This document shows, piece by piece, positions 43,327-52,637 of a stretch of 64,000 bases of DNA. Position 1 is the stretch's first letter. Every line of letters starts with the position of its first letter. This DNA is from Acidimicrobiia bacterium. Its GTDB lineage: Bacteria > Actinomycetota > Acidimicrobiia > Spongiisociales > JAENVV01. A program made the translations under genes and the position numbers. The notes beneath the pieces were generated by a model that ran no database searches, had not been told where the DNA came from, and saw only the letters and a program-made list of their open reading frames with translations. The DNA lies in the NCBI GenBank assembly GCA_041577335.1, contig JBFGJH010000010.1:1-64000 (forward strand). Direction: 5' to 3'.

Positions 43327-44889
43327 TCACGCACCGGCTCTGATCAGTCCAACGACCAAGCCTTCGGTCAATGCCTCCCACGATGCCTCGATGATGTTTT
43401 CGTGTACCCCGATGGTTCCCCAACTGTCGGCATGGTCGCTGGTCTCGAGGAGCACCCGAACTCTCGCTCCCGTTCCATCGGACGAATCGAGCACGCGCAC
43501 CCGATAGTCCGTGAGGCGAAGATCGTCGATTTGGGGGTAGGTGCCTTGCAGCGCCGCTCGCAAGGCCTCATCGAGAGCGTGAACGGGGCCGGTTCCTTCG
43601 CCAGTGGTGACAATGCGTTCGCCGCCCACCGTCGCCCGCACGGTGGCTTCGGCAGTTACGCCCTCGTCCGCCCTTCGCTCGATGAACACACGGAAGGACT
43701 CCAGCGCGAAGTATTCCTGGCGCCAGCCAGTCATTCGCCGAACGAGCAGTTCGAACGAGCCATCGGCGGCCTCGAAGTGGTAGCCCTGATGTTCCAGCAG
43801 TTTGATCTCCTCGATGACACTCCGAGCGAGGTCGTCGTCCATTTCCAAGCCGAGCTCGCCTGCCTTGAAAAGAATGCTCGCCTTGCCGGCCAACTCGGAC
43901 ACGACCATTCGCGTATGGTTCCCAACGGCGCTGGGATCGGTGTGCTCGTAGGCATCCGGCCTTCGAGCCAGCGCCGATGTATGGAGCCCAGCCTTGTGCG
44001 TGAACGCCGAACTACCGACATAGGGGTGATGAGGATCGAGAGCGATATTCACGATCTCGGCAATGTGATGGGCGATCGGTGAGAGAAGCTGGAGCCGCTC
44101 ATCGGGAATGACGGACAGGCCCATCTTGATTGCGAGATCCGGCAGCAACGTTGAGAAATCGGTGTTCCCGGTTCTTTCTCCGTAGCCGTTGATGCATCCT
44201 TGGATCTGACGAATACCCAGGTCGATCGAGGCGAGTGAGGACGCCACTGCAGTGCCGACATCGTTGTGGAAGTGGACGCCAATCTCCGCATCGGGCAGTG
44301 CGCTCCGCACGGCAGAGATCGTGCCTTGAATCTCCTGGGGAAGGCGTCCTCCGTTGGTGTCGCACAAGATCAGTCGTTCGGCGCCCTCTCCATGGGCGAC
44401 CCGCAAGACCTCGAGCGCAAAATCAGGGTTGGCCGCAAAGCCGTCGAAGAAGTGTTCGGCGTCGAAAAAAACTCGCCGATCCCTGCTCCTGAGGTGAGCG
44501 ATACTCTCGGCCACCATGGCAACGCCCTCGTCGAGATCGGCGCGAAGCGCTTCGAGGACGTGGTAGTCCCACGCCTTTCCCACGATGCAGATCGTCTCTG
44601 TCTCCGCAGCGAGCAATGCCTCGAGCTGCGGGTCATTGTTGACTGCGCCGCGCGGCCGCCGTGTTGATCCGAAAGCAACCAGCTGTCCGTTCGACAAGTC
44701 CAACTCGGATTGCGCCCTTGCGAAGAACTCGTCATCCTTTGGGTTGGCGCCCGGCCAGCCGCCTTCGATGTAGTGCATGCCGAGTTCGTCGAGGAGGCGA
44801 GCGATGCGGAGCTTGTCACCAACAGTAAGTGAGATCCCCTCTTGCTGGCTCCCATCTCGGAGCGTCGTGTCGTAGATCTCGAGCACCAT
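43327..44889 (-). CDS. cimA: Citramalate synthase
   Basis: YDTTLRDGSQQEG, YIEGGWPGANPKD, FFDAEHFFDG, GYHFEAADGSFELL; start at ATG 44889 with AAGGAG RBS. Confidence 0.93.
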   Translation of the reverse strand: MVLEIYDTTLRDGSQQEGISLTVGDKLRIARLLDELGMHYIEGGWPGANPKDDEFFARAQSELDLSNGQLVAFGSTRRPRGAVNNDPQLEALLAAETETICIVGKAWDYHVLEALRADLDEGVAMVAESIAHLRSRDRRVFFDAEHFFDGFAANPDFALEVLRVAHGEGAERLILCDTNGGRLPQEIQGTISAVRSALPDAEIGVHFHNDVGTAVASSLASIDLGIRQIQGCINGYGERTGNTDFSTLLPDLAIKMGLSVIPDERLQLLSPIAHHIAEIVNIALDPHHPYVGSSAFTHKAGLHTSALARRPDAYEHTDPSAVGNHTRMVVSELAGKASILFKAGELGLEMDDDLARSVIEEIKLLEHQGYHFEAADGSFELLVRRMTGWRQEYFALESFRVFIERRADEGVTAEATVRATVGGERIVTTGEGTGPVHALDEALRAALQGTYPQIDDLRLTDYRVRVLDSSDGTGARVRVLLETSDHADSWGTIGVHENIIEASWEALTEGLVVGLIRAGA

Positions 44890-44905
44890 GCTTCTCCTTG
44901 CCATC

Positions 44906-44931
44906 AAAAAACCTCTCGCAAGGCGAGAGGT
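44906..44931 (-). terminator. Attenuator terminator upstream of cimA
   Basis: Minus strand ACCTCTCGC-CTT-GCGAGAGGT followed by TTTTT, just before the cimA RBS. Confidence 0.85.
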
Positions 44932-44955
44932 CACTGCGCATACGCGGGTATGCGC

Positions 44956-44985
44956 TCAGCCGGTAATGATGGTCGTAGTGGTCAT
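44956..44985 (-). CDS. cimA leader peptide MTTTTIITG (Thr/Ile attenuator)
   Basis: ATG ACC ACT ACG ACC ATC ATT ACC GGC TGA, followed by a hairpin and a U-tract terminator. Confidence 0.8.
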   Translation of the reverse strand: MTTTTIITG

Positions 44986-45137
44986 CGCTCCGCCAGTATG
45001 GCGCAATTCTGCCCAAACGCGCAACAGAGGCGCCTCTCTCGTGAGGAACCTCCGTCGCTGACGAACCATAACCTTCCCGTGTGGAGGCGATAGTAGTGAG
45101 TATGATGAGGTGCGGCAAGCCGACATAGGGGGACAAC

Positions 45138-45851
45138 ATGGGCGATGGCGACAGCCGAATCGCGCTGCTGGAAGCTGCGTGGGAGCTGACCGTCGAATCC
45201 TTTGGGCTGAGCGCTACCGGACAGACGTCCCCGGCCGCCAAGGTGCTCGATCAGCTCAAGACGGCCGAGATCGCATCCCGAGCCGGTTTGACGACCGGAG
45301 CCTTTTTCAACCGGTGGCCCTCTCGAGACGAGTTTCTCGATGAGTTTCTCGACTTTGCGTTGTCGATTGACCGGTACCCGGGGCCGACGCAGTTGTTCGA
45401 GGTCTTCGCCGAATCGGCTGGTTTGCCGCTCGGGGATTTGGTTGAGCGCCTCGTTGCGGTCAACGTTGCCGAACTCGAGTCCAGCCCGACCCTCTATGTG
45501 CAGGTGCACCTATGGTCGTTGAGCGGGCAGCGGCCCGATGTGGCCGATCGGCTCCGGCGCCTCAATGTCGAGCTGCGCGATCGAATGGTGCCGTTCTACG
45601 ACGCCGTCTTGGCGTCGCTCGGGCGGGAGTACCGGCACCCCTTCGATGGCCCGTCGGTGTCGTCGCTCCTGAACGCACTGACCATGGGATTCGTGGAACA
45701 GCGCGTCGTGGGAGGCGAGGACGCTCCGTCGCTGACGGTCCTGACCAGCGCTATTTTGGGCTGGATACCGGTTGTTTCTCGCAGCGGCGACGATCTTCGC
45801 ACGGTCGAAGAAGTGGTGGACAGCGCACTCCTCGAAGGAGCCCCGTCGTGA
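45138..45851 (+). CDS. TetR-like transcriptional regulator (paralog 1)
   Basis: HTH LKTAEIASRAGLTTGAFFNRWPSRDEF. Confidence 0.8.
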   Translation: MGDGDSRIALLEAAWELTVESFGLSATGQTSPAAKVLDQLKTAEIASRAGLTTGAFFNRWPSRDEFLDEFLDFALSIDRYPGPTQLFEVFAESAGLPLGDLVERLVAVNVAELESSPTLYVQVHLWSLSGQRPDVADRLRRLNVELRDRMVPFYDAVLASLGREYRHPFDGPSVSSLLNALTMGFVEQRVVGGEDAPSLTVLTSAILGWIPVVSRSGDDLRTVEEVVDSALLEGAPS

Positions 45852-46013
45852 AGAAGAGATGCGGGTTACGCATGAAGGCGGCAAGCAGATTACTTGCCGC
45901 CCGCAAAATGCGACTCATGCACCCCCGTGGTGCGGAACCTCCCAGTAGGTCCCTTGGTAGGGGCATAGTAGCAACTATGATGGGCGCCGTCTAGTGCGTT
46001 TCTGGCGATATCC

Positions 46014-46676
46014 ATGACCATTCGAGATGAAGGCGGAGATAGCCGCGAGCTCATGCTCTCTGCGGCGTGGGACATGATCGTGGAGTCCTTTGGCTATGGC
46101 GGAGGTTCACCTCGCCCGGCCGAGGCCAAGATCCTCGAACAATTGAAGGCCTCGGACATTGCTCATCGAGCCGGATTGACGACCGGTGCTTTCTACAATC
46201 GATGGCCCAATCGTGAATCCTTCCTGTCGGAATTCATCGACTACGCCCTATCGGTCGACCGGTCTCCGACGTACAGCGCCCTCAAAGAGATCGTGAGTGA
46301 TTTTGATGGCGACGCCGAAGACCTCGTGCGCCTGGTCGCCCGCGAGGACATCAGAGTGATCGTCGCCAATCCGGCGTTTGCCATCCATACCCATCTCTGG
46401 TCGATGATGCGGTCGCGCGACGACATCGGCCGCCGGATGGAAACCATGTATGAGGATTACCGGGCCGAATCGGCGCCGATCTTCGAAGCGCTCATGGATG
46501 CGCTCGATCGTGACCCCCATCCCGATTTCACGATGGAGGAGCTCATCCAGTTCCTGATGGCGATGTCAGAGGGCCTGTCGCTTCAATACGCCGCCGGCGG
46601 TCCCGGCGCCCCACACGTGGACCTCTTCGGGAAGCTCATCCTGGCGATATTGCCAAGCCTCACCGTCCCGCGCTAG
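46014..46676 (+). CDS. TetR-like transcriptional regulator (paralog 2)
   Basis: HTH LKASDIAHRAGLTTGAFYNRWPNRESF; similar to paralog 1 along its length. Confidence 0.8.
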   Translation: MTIRDEGGDSRELMLSAAWDMIVESFGYGGGSPRPAEAKILEQLKASDIAHRAGLTTGAFYNRWPNRESFLSEFIDYALSVDRSPTYSALKEIVSDFDGDAEDLVRLVAREDIRVIVANPAFAIHTHLWSMMRSRDDIGRRMETMYEDYRAESAPIFEALMDALDRDPHPDFTMEELIQFLMAMSEGLSLQYAAGGPGAPHVDLFGKLILAILPSLTVPR

Positions 46677-46715
46677 GGGTTCGCCAACCCGAGGGTGGTT
46701 GGCGATACTTGTGGG

Positions 46716-47660
46716 ATGGTTCGCGTTTTCATCGGCGTCGCTGCTTGGGCGGTACTCGTTGTGGTGCTGGCAGCCTGCGGGCAGCCGTCTGTGGAGGTGC
46801 TCGCCGCCGAACAGCTCATCGAGGAACAACTAGCCGACGACCTCGGGCTGGTGCTCGACGCAACATGTCAGGAGCCGAATCCTCCTACCGAGATCAGCTG
46901 CGTCGCCGACGACTCGGCCGGCGCTCGAGTGCTCATCGTGGGAGTCGTCGGCGCCGATGAGCTATCGCTGCGGACCCTCAATGTCGTGGCAGCCGACCAG
47001 ATCGACCTCGTGATGAGTTCGTTCGCCGCGGCGAGCGCCGAATTGGCTCTGCCGAGCGGATCGCTCGACTGTGGCTCGGTCTCGATCGTCGTAGACGCCA
47101 ACGACATGTTCTCCTGCCAGTTCGTGGCCGAGTCCGAGCATGTCGCGCCGGTCACGGTGACGGTAGATGGGCTGGACGCCGCCGATCCGAAGTTCTCGTT
47201 CGAAGTGGCGCTGGGACCAGATGTCGCCGCCGAGGGGATCATCGAGCACGTCATTCTGCCGGAGCTCGGATTTGGCGACTCGCGAGCCATATGTGCAGAC
47301 GGTGACATCGGGGGCGAACCGTTCTCTTGTGGGGTGCTTCTCGACGACGGACGACTTCTCGAGTTCGTTGCCTTCGATACAGGAGGGGCGATCGAGGTTG
47401 CAGCCGCCAACGTGCTCCGACCGACCGAGTTGGCGAAGCTCGATGCAGCGTTCGCAGATACGGTTGGGGCAATAGGGGTCGTCATTCCGGGCGGGCGCCT
47501 CGACTGTGGCGCCGATGCCGTCATCCTCGACACGACGAACTCGTTCAAATGCGTCTACGGAGCTCCCAATCAGGTTCCGATCGATGTCACGGTGACGGTT
47601 ACGGGGTTGGGCACCGCCGACGAAGCTTTCGGTTTCGAGTTCGCCGAGCTCACTCCGTGA
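46716..47660 (+). CDS. Acidic Cys-containing lipoprotein with internal duplication
   Basis: Lipobox LAAC; two ~145-aa repeats each with C..SC..LDCG..F.C..VTVTV.GL..AD..F.FE. Confidence 0.7.
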   Translation: MVRVFIGVAAWAVLVVVLAACGQPSVEVLAAEQLIEEQLADDLGLVLDATCQEPNPPTEISCVADDSAGARVLIVGVVGADELSLRTLNVVAADQIDLVMSSFAAASAELALPSGSLDCGSVSIVVDANDMFSCQFVAESEHVAPVTVTVDGLDAADPKFSFEVALGPDVAAEGIIEHVILPELGFGDSRAICADGDIGGEPFSCGVLLDDGRLLEFVAFDTGGAIEVAAANVLRPTELAKLDAAFADTVGAIGVVIPGGRLDCGADAVILDTTNSFKCVYGAPNQVPIDVTVTVTGLGTADEAFGFEFAELTP

Positions 47661-47700
47661 GCGACAACCGAGCCGCGACCGTCGTCGTTTGTCGTGACGG

Positions 47701-50397
47701 TCAGAGCATCCAGGGAGGGAGACTGTCGGGATCGAGCTCGTAGCGCCTGATTGCGTCCGCGACACGTTCGGGCTTCACAACGCCTTGCTCGGCGAGCTTG
47801 GCCAGGACGGCCACAACGACGTGGCCTGCGTCTGTTTCGAAGAAGCGTCGGAGGTTCGACCGGGTATCGGATCGACCGAAACCATCGGTACCGAGCGATA
47901 CGTAGGGACGGGGCATCCAGCGGGCCACTTGGTCCGGTACGAGGCGCATGAAATCCGACACCGCAACGATCGGGCCGGCGCCATCGCGCAGGAGCTCGGT
48001 TACCAGCGGTTCGCGAGCGGGTTTGTCGGGGTGTAACCGGGTCCAGCGTTCCGCTTCGTAAGCCTCATCTCGGAGGCGCTTGTACGACGTTGCTGAAAAC
48101 AGCTCGGCTCCGACTCCATAATGCTCGGCGAGGTCGGCTTGTGCTTGGTGGGCGGCAAGATGGGCGGTTCCCGAGAAGAGGATGGTGGCCGGATGGTCGG
48201 TCCCGGCGGGAGCGTCGGCGAATCTGTACATGCCGGCCAAGATCCCGGTAGTCGCATCCTCGGGCATCGGCGGCATGACGTAGTTCTCGTTGTACAGGGT
48301 CAGGTAGTAGATGGCGTCCTGTGATTCGTCGCCATGCATCCGTTGCAAGCCATCTTCGATGATGACGCCCATTTCATAGGCAAAAGCCGGATCGAATGCC
48401 TCTAGATGCGGCACTGTCGAGGCGAGGATCAAGCTGTGCCCGTCTTGGTGTTGGAGCCCCTCGCCTTGCAGCGTGGTGCGTCCGGCGGTCGCGCCGAGCA
48501 GGAATCCACGGGCGCGTGCGTCGGTTGCGGCCCAGATGAGGTCGCCGACTCGCTGGAATCCGAACATCGAATAGAAGATGAAGAACGGAGCCATCGGCAC
48601 GCCACGGGTAGCGTACGACGTTGCCGCAGCGGTGAAGCTGGCCATCGAGCCGGCTTCGGTGATTCCCTCCTCGAGGATCTGCCCGTCTTTGCCCTCCGAG
48701 TAGGAGAGCAACATGTTGTGATCGACCGGCTCGTAGAGCTGGCCCTGACTCGCATAGATGCGGAACTCACGGAAAAGGGAGTCCATTCCGAACGTCCGTG
48801 CCTCGTCGGGAATGATGGGAACGACCCGGTTGCCAAAACTCTCGTCGCGCATCAGGGTCCGCAGCAGCCGCGTGAAGGCCATCGTCGTGGAGGCTTCGAC
48901 CTTTCCGGAGCCCGCTTTTACTTCCTGGTAGGTCGAGGCATCCGGCAGAGTGATTGGCTTGCGGATGGGAAGGTCTCTGCTGGGCACCGCTCCATCGAGG
49001 GCGCGTCGCTGGCGCATGAGGTATTGATGCTCTGGCGAGTCGGCCGGCGGTCGGTAGTAGGGCGGCTCGTTGTCGCCTTCCAGTGACTCTTCCGGGATTA
49101 CCTCCTGGAGATGCAGCCTCTCGCGCAGGCCCATCAGTTGGGCGTTGGTCAGTTCCTTGATCTGGTGGGTGGCGTTGCGGCCCTCGACGTCGGGACCGAG
49201 TGTCCATCCTTTGATGGTCTTGGCGAGGATCACCGTCGGAGCCCCGGTGAGTTGGGTGGCTGCCTTGTAGGCGGCGTATACCTTCCGGTAGTCGAGACCC
49301 CCTCGGCGCAGGTTCCAGATTTGATCATCGCTCATGTGCTCGACAAGCGCCCGGAGCCGAGGATCAGGGCCGAAGAAATGCTCCCGCACGAACGCGCCGG
49401 ACTCCGTCTTGTAGCGTTGATACTCTCCGTCGACAGTGGTGTTCATCTTCTGGACGAGGGCGCCATCGACGTCCTTGGCGAGCAGCGCATCCCATTCCGA
49501 CCCCCAGATCACCTTGATGACATTCCAGCCGGCACCACGGAATATCGCTTCCAGCTCCTGGATGATCTTTCCGTTGCCGCGTACCGGTCCATCGAGTCGC
49601 TGCAGGTTGCAATTCACTACCCACGTCAGATTGTCGAGCTGTTCCCTGGCGCCGAGGGAAATCGATCCCAGCGTCTCGGGCTCGTCGATTTCTCCGTCGC
49701 CGATGAAACACCACACTCGGCTGTTCTCGGTGTCATCGAGTTTGCGATTCTGGAGGTACTTGTTGAAGCGGGCCTGGTAGATCGAGTTGATGGGCCCGAG
49801 GCCCATGGAGACCGTCGGGTACTCCCAGAAATCGGGCATGAGCCGTGGGTGGGGATAGGACGAGAGGCCATCCCCACCGATCTCTTGGCGAAAGTTGTCG
49901 AGCTGAGTTTCGCTGAGCCGACCTTCGAGATATGCGCGGGCGTACACGCCAGGCGCGGCGTGGCCCTGGATGTAGACATGATCTCCCGGCAGCCCGTCTT
50001 CTTTGCCACGGAAGAAATGGTTGAAACCGACCTCGTACAGGATCGCCGACGAGGCGAACGACGATAGGTGCCCACCGATGCCGTGCTCTTCATGGTTCGC
50101 CTTGATGACCATGACGGCCGCATTCCAGCGGATGTAGCGCCGAATCAGCTTTTCGAGACGCACGTCGCCGGGGTAGAACGCCTCCTCTTCGGGAGGGATG
50201 GTGTTCACATACGGCGTGCTGACGGTGGCGGGAACACCGATGTTGAGTTGGCGCGCCCGTTCGAGCAGCTTGGCCATGAGGAATCGGGCGCGCACCGGGC
50301 CCCGGGCATTCGCAACCGAGTCGAGCGAATCGAGCCATTCTCTTGTCTCTTCCGGATCGTTGTCGGGTAGAGAGTGGACAAAGCCGTCGATGATCAT
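47701..50397 (-). CDS. aceE: Pyruvate dehydrogenase E1 component (homodimeric)
   Basis: DPEETREWLDSL, QGHAAPG, YPHPRLMP, NCNLQRLDGPV, GEGLQHQDG, LGTDGFGRSD. Confidence 0.97.
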   Translation of the reverse strand: MIIDGFVHSLPDNDPEETREWLDSLDSVANARGPVRARFLMAKLLERARQLNIGVPATVSTPYVNTIPPEEEAFYPGDVRLEKLIRRYIRWNAAVMVIKANHEEHGIGGHLSSFASSAILYEVGFNHFFRGKEDGLPGDHVYIQGHAAPGVYARAYLEGRLSETQLDNFRQEIGGDGLSSYPHPRLMPDFWEYPTVSMGLGPINSIYQARFNKYLQNRKLDDTENSRVWCFIGDGEIDEPETLGSISLGAREQLDNLTWVVNCNLQRLDGPVRGNGKIIQELEAIFRGAGWNVIKVIWGSEWDALLAKDVDGALVQKMNTTVDGEYQRYKTESGAFVREHFFGPDPRLRALVEHMSDDQIWNLRRGGLDYRKVYAAYKAATQLTGAPTVILAKTIKGWTLGPDVEGRNATHQIKELTNAQLMGLRERLHLQEVIPEESLEGDNEPPYYRPPADSPEHQYLMRQRRALDGAVPSRDLPIRKPITLPDASTYQEVKAGSGKVEASTTMAFTRLLRTLMRDESFGNRVVPIIPDEARTFGMDSLFREFRIYASQGQLYEPVDHNMLLSYSEGKDGQILEEGITEAGSMASFTAAATSYATRGVPMAPFFIFYSMFGFQRVGDLIWAATDARARGFLLGATAGRTTLQGEGLQHQDGHSLILASTVPHLEAFDPAFAYEMGVIIEDGLQRMHGDESQDAIYYLTLYNENYVMPPMPEDATTGILAGMYRFADAPAGTDHPATILFSGTAHLAAHQAQADLAEHYGVGAELFSATSYKRLRDEAYEAERWTRLHPDKPAREPLVTELLRDGAGPIVAVSDFMRLVPDQVARWMPRPYVSLGTDGFGRSDTRSNLRRFFETDAGHVVVAVLAKLAEQGVVKPERVADAIRRYELDPDSLPPWML

Positions 50398-50463
50398 GGA
50401 GCCTGAGCTTTCGGATGGCGTACGTAGAGAATAGACGCCGCACAGGCAACCGTTCATGCCCGG

Positions 50464-50492
50464 TTGCGCCGACCTGCCCGCCTTCATACAAT
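50464..50492 (+). promoter_or_regulatory. Sigma70-type promoter for trpS leader
   Basis: TTGCGC-17 bp-TACAAT, 8 nt before leader ATG. Confidence 0.7.
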
Positions 50493-50500
50493 CCCGCCGG

Positions 50501-50536
50501 ATGATCTGCACAACAAGCAACTGGTGGTACGGCTAA
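50501..50536 (+). CDS. trpS leader peptide MICTTSNWWYG (Trp attenuator)
   Basis: ATG ATC TGC ACA ACA AGC AAC TGG TGG TAC GGC TAA; tandem Trp codons. Confidence 0.8.
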   Translation: MICTTSNWWYG

Positions 50537-50564
50537 AGGTCCGGTACCCGCGCGTTGTGATGCA

Positions 50565-50595
50565 GGCCGGCTCAAACCGAGTCGGCTTTCTTGTT
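50565..50595 (+). terminator. Attenuator terminator upstream of trpS
   Basis: GGCCGGCTC-AAACC-GAGTCGGCT followed by TTCTTGTT, immediately before GAGGAG RBS. Confidence 0.75.
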
Positions 50596-50606
50596 GAGGA
50601 GCTGCA

Positions 50607-51590
50607 ATGACCGAGCGAAAACGTGTGTTCTCCGGAATCCAGAACACCGGCGAGATTCACATTGGCAACTACCTCGGCGCGCTCCGCAACTGGGTGAAGC
50701 TCCAGGACACCTACGACGCCGTCTACTGCGTGGTTGACCTCCACTCGATCACGATCCCGTTCGAGCCCGAGGCGCTCCAACAATCGCGCCTGGAAACAGC
50801 CAAAGCCCTGTTGGCCGCCGGCATCGATCCCGACCGTTCCCTGTTGTATTACCAATCTCAGGTGCCCCAACATCCCGAGCTCGCCTGGATCATCGGCGTT
50901 GACACCCCGATGGGCGCCCTGAATCGGATGACCCAATTCAAGGAGAAATCGGACCGAGCCGGGCAGCGATACGGCCTCTTCGCGTATCCGGTCCTCATGG
51001 CAGCTGACATCCTTCTCCACAAGGTCCATGCCGTTCCGGTCGGCGATGACCAAACCCAACACCTCGAGTTCACCCGCGATGTCGCCGTGCGATTCAACGG
51101 AAGGTACGGAGACACGTTTCCGGTTCCAGAGCAGATCACCCCCGAGGTGGGCGCTCGAATCATGTCGCTCCAAGATCCGGTGAACAAGATGTCGAAATCC
51201 GACCCGGATGCTTCGAGTCGCATTCTGGTTTTCGACGACCCCGACACGATTGTCAAGAAGTGCCGGCGAGCGGTGACCGACTCGGGCGCTGAGATCTACT
51301 ACGACACGGCCGAGAAGCCAGGTATATCGAACTTGCTCGAGATTCTCGCCATTTTCACGGAGCGTTCCATCGACGACTTGGTAAACGAGTACGGGTCGGT
51401 GCAATACGGCGTGTTCAAGCAGGTGGTGGCGGATGCCATCGTCGACGGCCTTGCTCCGATCCGATCGGCGTATCTGGCACTGGATGATGGAGAAGTGAAG
51501 AGAATCATGGCGAAGGGCATGCTGGATGCCCGGATGCGGGCGGAAGAGACCATGGTCGAAGTGCGCAGGCGCATCGGCCTGGCCGGTTAG
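50607..51590 (+). CDS. trpS: Tryptophan--tRNA ligase
   Basis: HIGNYLGA, YPVLMAADIL, VPVGDDQ.QHLE, KMSKS. Confidence 0.98.
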   Translation: MTERKRVFSGIQNTGEIHIGNYLGALRNWVKLQDTYDAVYCVVDLHSITIPFEPEALQQSRLETAKALLAAGIDPDRSLLYYQSQVPQHPELAWIIGVDTPMGALNRMTQFKEKSDRAGQRYGLFAYPVLMAADILLHKVHAVPVGDDQTQHLEFTRDVAVRFNGRYGDTFPVPEQITPEVGARIMSLQDPVNKMSKSDPDASSRILVFDDPDTIVKKCRRAVTDSGAEIYYDTAEKPGISNLLEILAIFTERSIDDLVNEYGSVQYGVFKQVVADAIVDGLAPIRSAYLALDDGEVKRIMAKGMLDARMRAEETMVEVRRRIGLAG

Positions 51591-51681
51591 GGGCGTAGAT
51601 GGCGAGGAGCCACGGTCCTGTCGGGGCTCGTAGTGGAGGCCGACACCGCTCGATAGCCGCTGCTCGAGTGGATGCGCACCG

Positions 51682-52473
51682 ATGATGGGAGCCCCTGAGC
51701 CTCTGCGCGAACCGCCGCCCCTGCCGGGTGCCGACCAACCGATGGTGTGGCGCCTCTGGCACTTCGCCGTGGCGTTTCTGGGCGGGTTGCTCACCGCCAA
51801 CGTGGCGTTTGGGTTGCTTGCAACCACGACGGCAGACGGTTTGATCGACCTCGATTCGGTGACTGCCAACCAGCTGTTTGGGATCGTGATTCCAGCTCAG
51901 CATGCCGGGACCCTCGCCGTCGTTGCGATGATCGTATTGGCCAAGCGGGAGTCCTTTGCGTCCGCTCTTGGCTTCGATCTCGACATCAGGCACATTTGGT
52001 GGGTAGGGGTCGGGGCAGGTGTCGCGATCGTGGTGAGTTTGCTGACGATCCCACTCGCTTCTTGGCTCGATGTCCAGGACAACCCGCAGCGTGTGGTCGA
52101 ACAATTTGGTGACGTTGCATCCGGCCTGCCGCTACTGGCTGCCGTGCTGAGCCTCGTGGTTCTCACGCCGATCACCGAGGAGATCCTCTATCGCGGCGTC
52201 CTCCAACGAGCAGTCGGCCGTTGGCTGGCAGCCGTTCCCATGGTTGCGGTGACGAGCATCATTTGGGGCCTCGCCCATCTCCTGGATCCAGCGGATACCG
52301 ACACGGTGTGGTGGTCGCAAGCCTTGATCACATTTGTTCCCATAACCATCTTCGGCGTGATCGCCGCAACGGCCACCGTCCTGGCGAAGGGTCGGCTCGG
52401 AAGAGCGGTGTTTCTCCACGGCGGTTGGAACCTCCTCGGCGTGATCGCCCTGATCGGGGCCCAAATGGCATAG
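51682..52473 (+). CDS. CPBP-family (CAAX/Abi) intramembrane metalloprotease
   Basis: PITEEILYRG, WGLAH, LH..WN motifs; multiple TM segments. Confidence 0.88.
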   Translation: MMGAPEPLREPPPLPGADQPMVWRLWHFAVAFLGGLLTANVAFGLLATTTADGLIDLDSVTANQLFGIVIPAQHAGTLAVVAMIVLAKRESFASALGFDLDIRHIWWVGVGAGVAIVVSLLTIPLASWLDVQDNPQRVVEQFGDVASGLPLLAAVLSLVVLTPITEEILYRGVLQRAVGRWLAAVPMVAVTSIIWGLAHLLDPADTDTVWWSQALITFVPITIFGVIAATATVLAKGRLGRAVFLHGGWNLLGVIALIGAQMA

Positions 52474-52610
52474 CCGACCCGAGCAGGCTCGGGTCGGATT
52501 TCTGTTCGAGCGGCTCTCCAGCCGCACTCTTCTTGGTCGGTGCCGGGCGCAGGTCCCGGCACCTCCATGTAAGGGGACGGCGGAGCCTTTTCCCCTTACC
52601 AACCCCCTAC
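52474..52610 (+). repeat. Multi-hairpin intergenic element, copy C
   Basis: P1 52474-52497 (CAGG loop), P2 52508-52529, P3 52537-52566 (CGCAGGT loop), P4 52569-52599 (CGGCGGAGCC loop). Confidence 0.8.
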
Positions 52611-52637
52611 GGCGGTGTTCAGGCGAGCGCGCTCGGA

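Noticed and set aside
50515..50545. T-box-like GGTGGTAC upstream of trpS
   Set aside because: No room for stem I or a specifier loop after the promoter; the sequence is explained by the Trp-Trp-Tyr codons of the leader peptide
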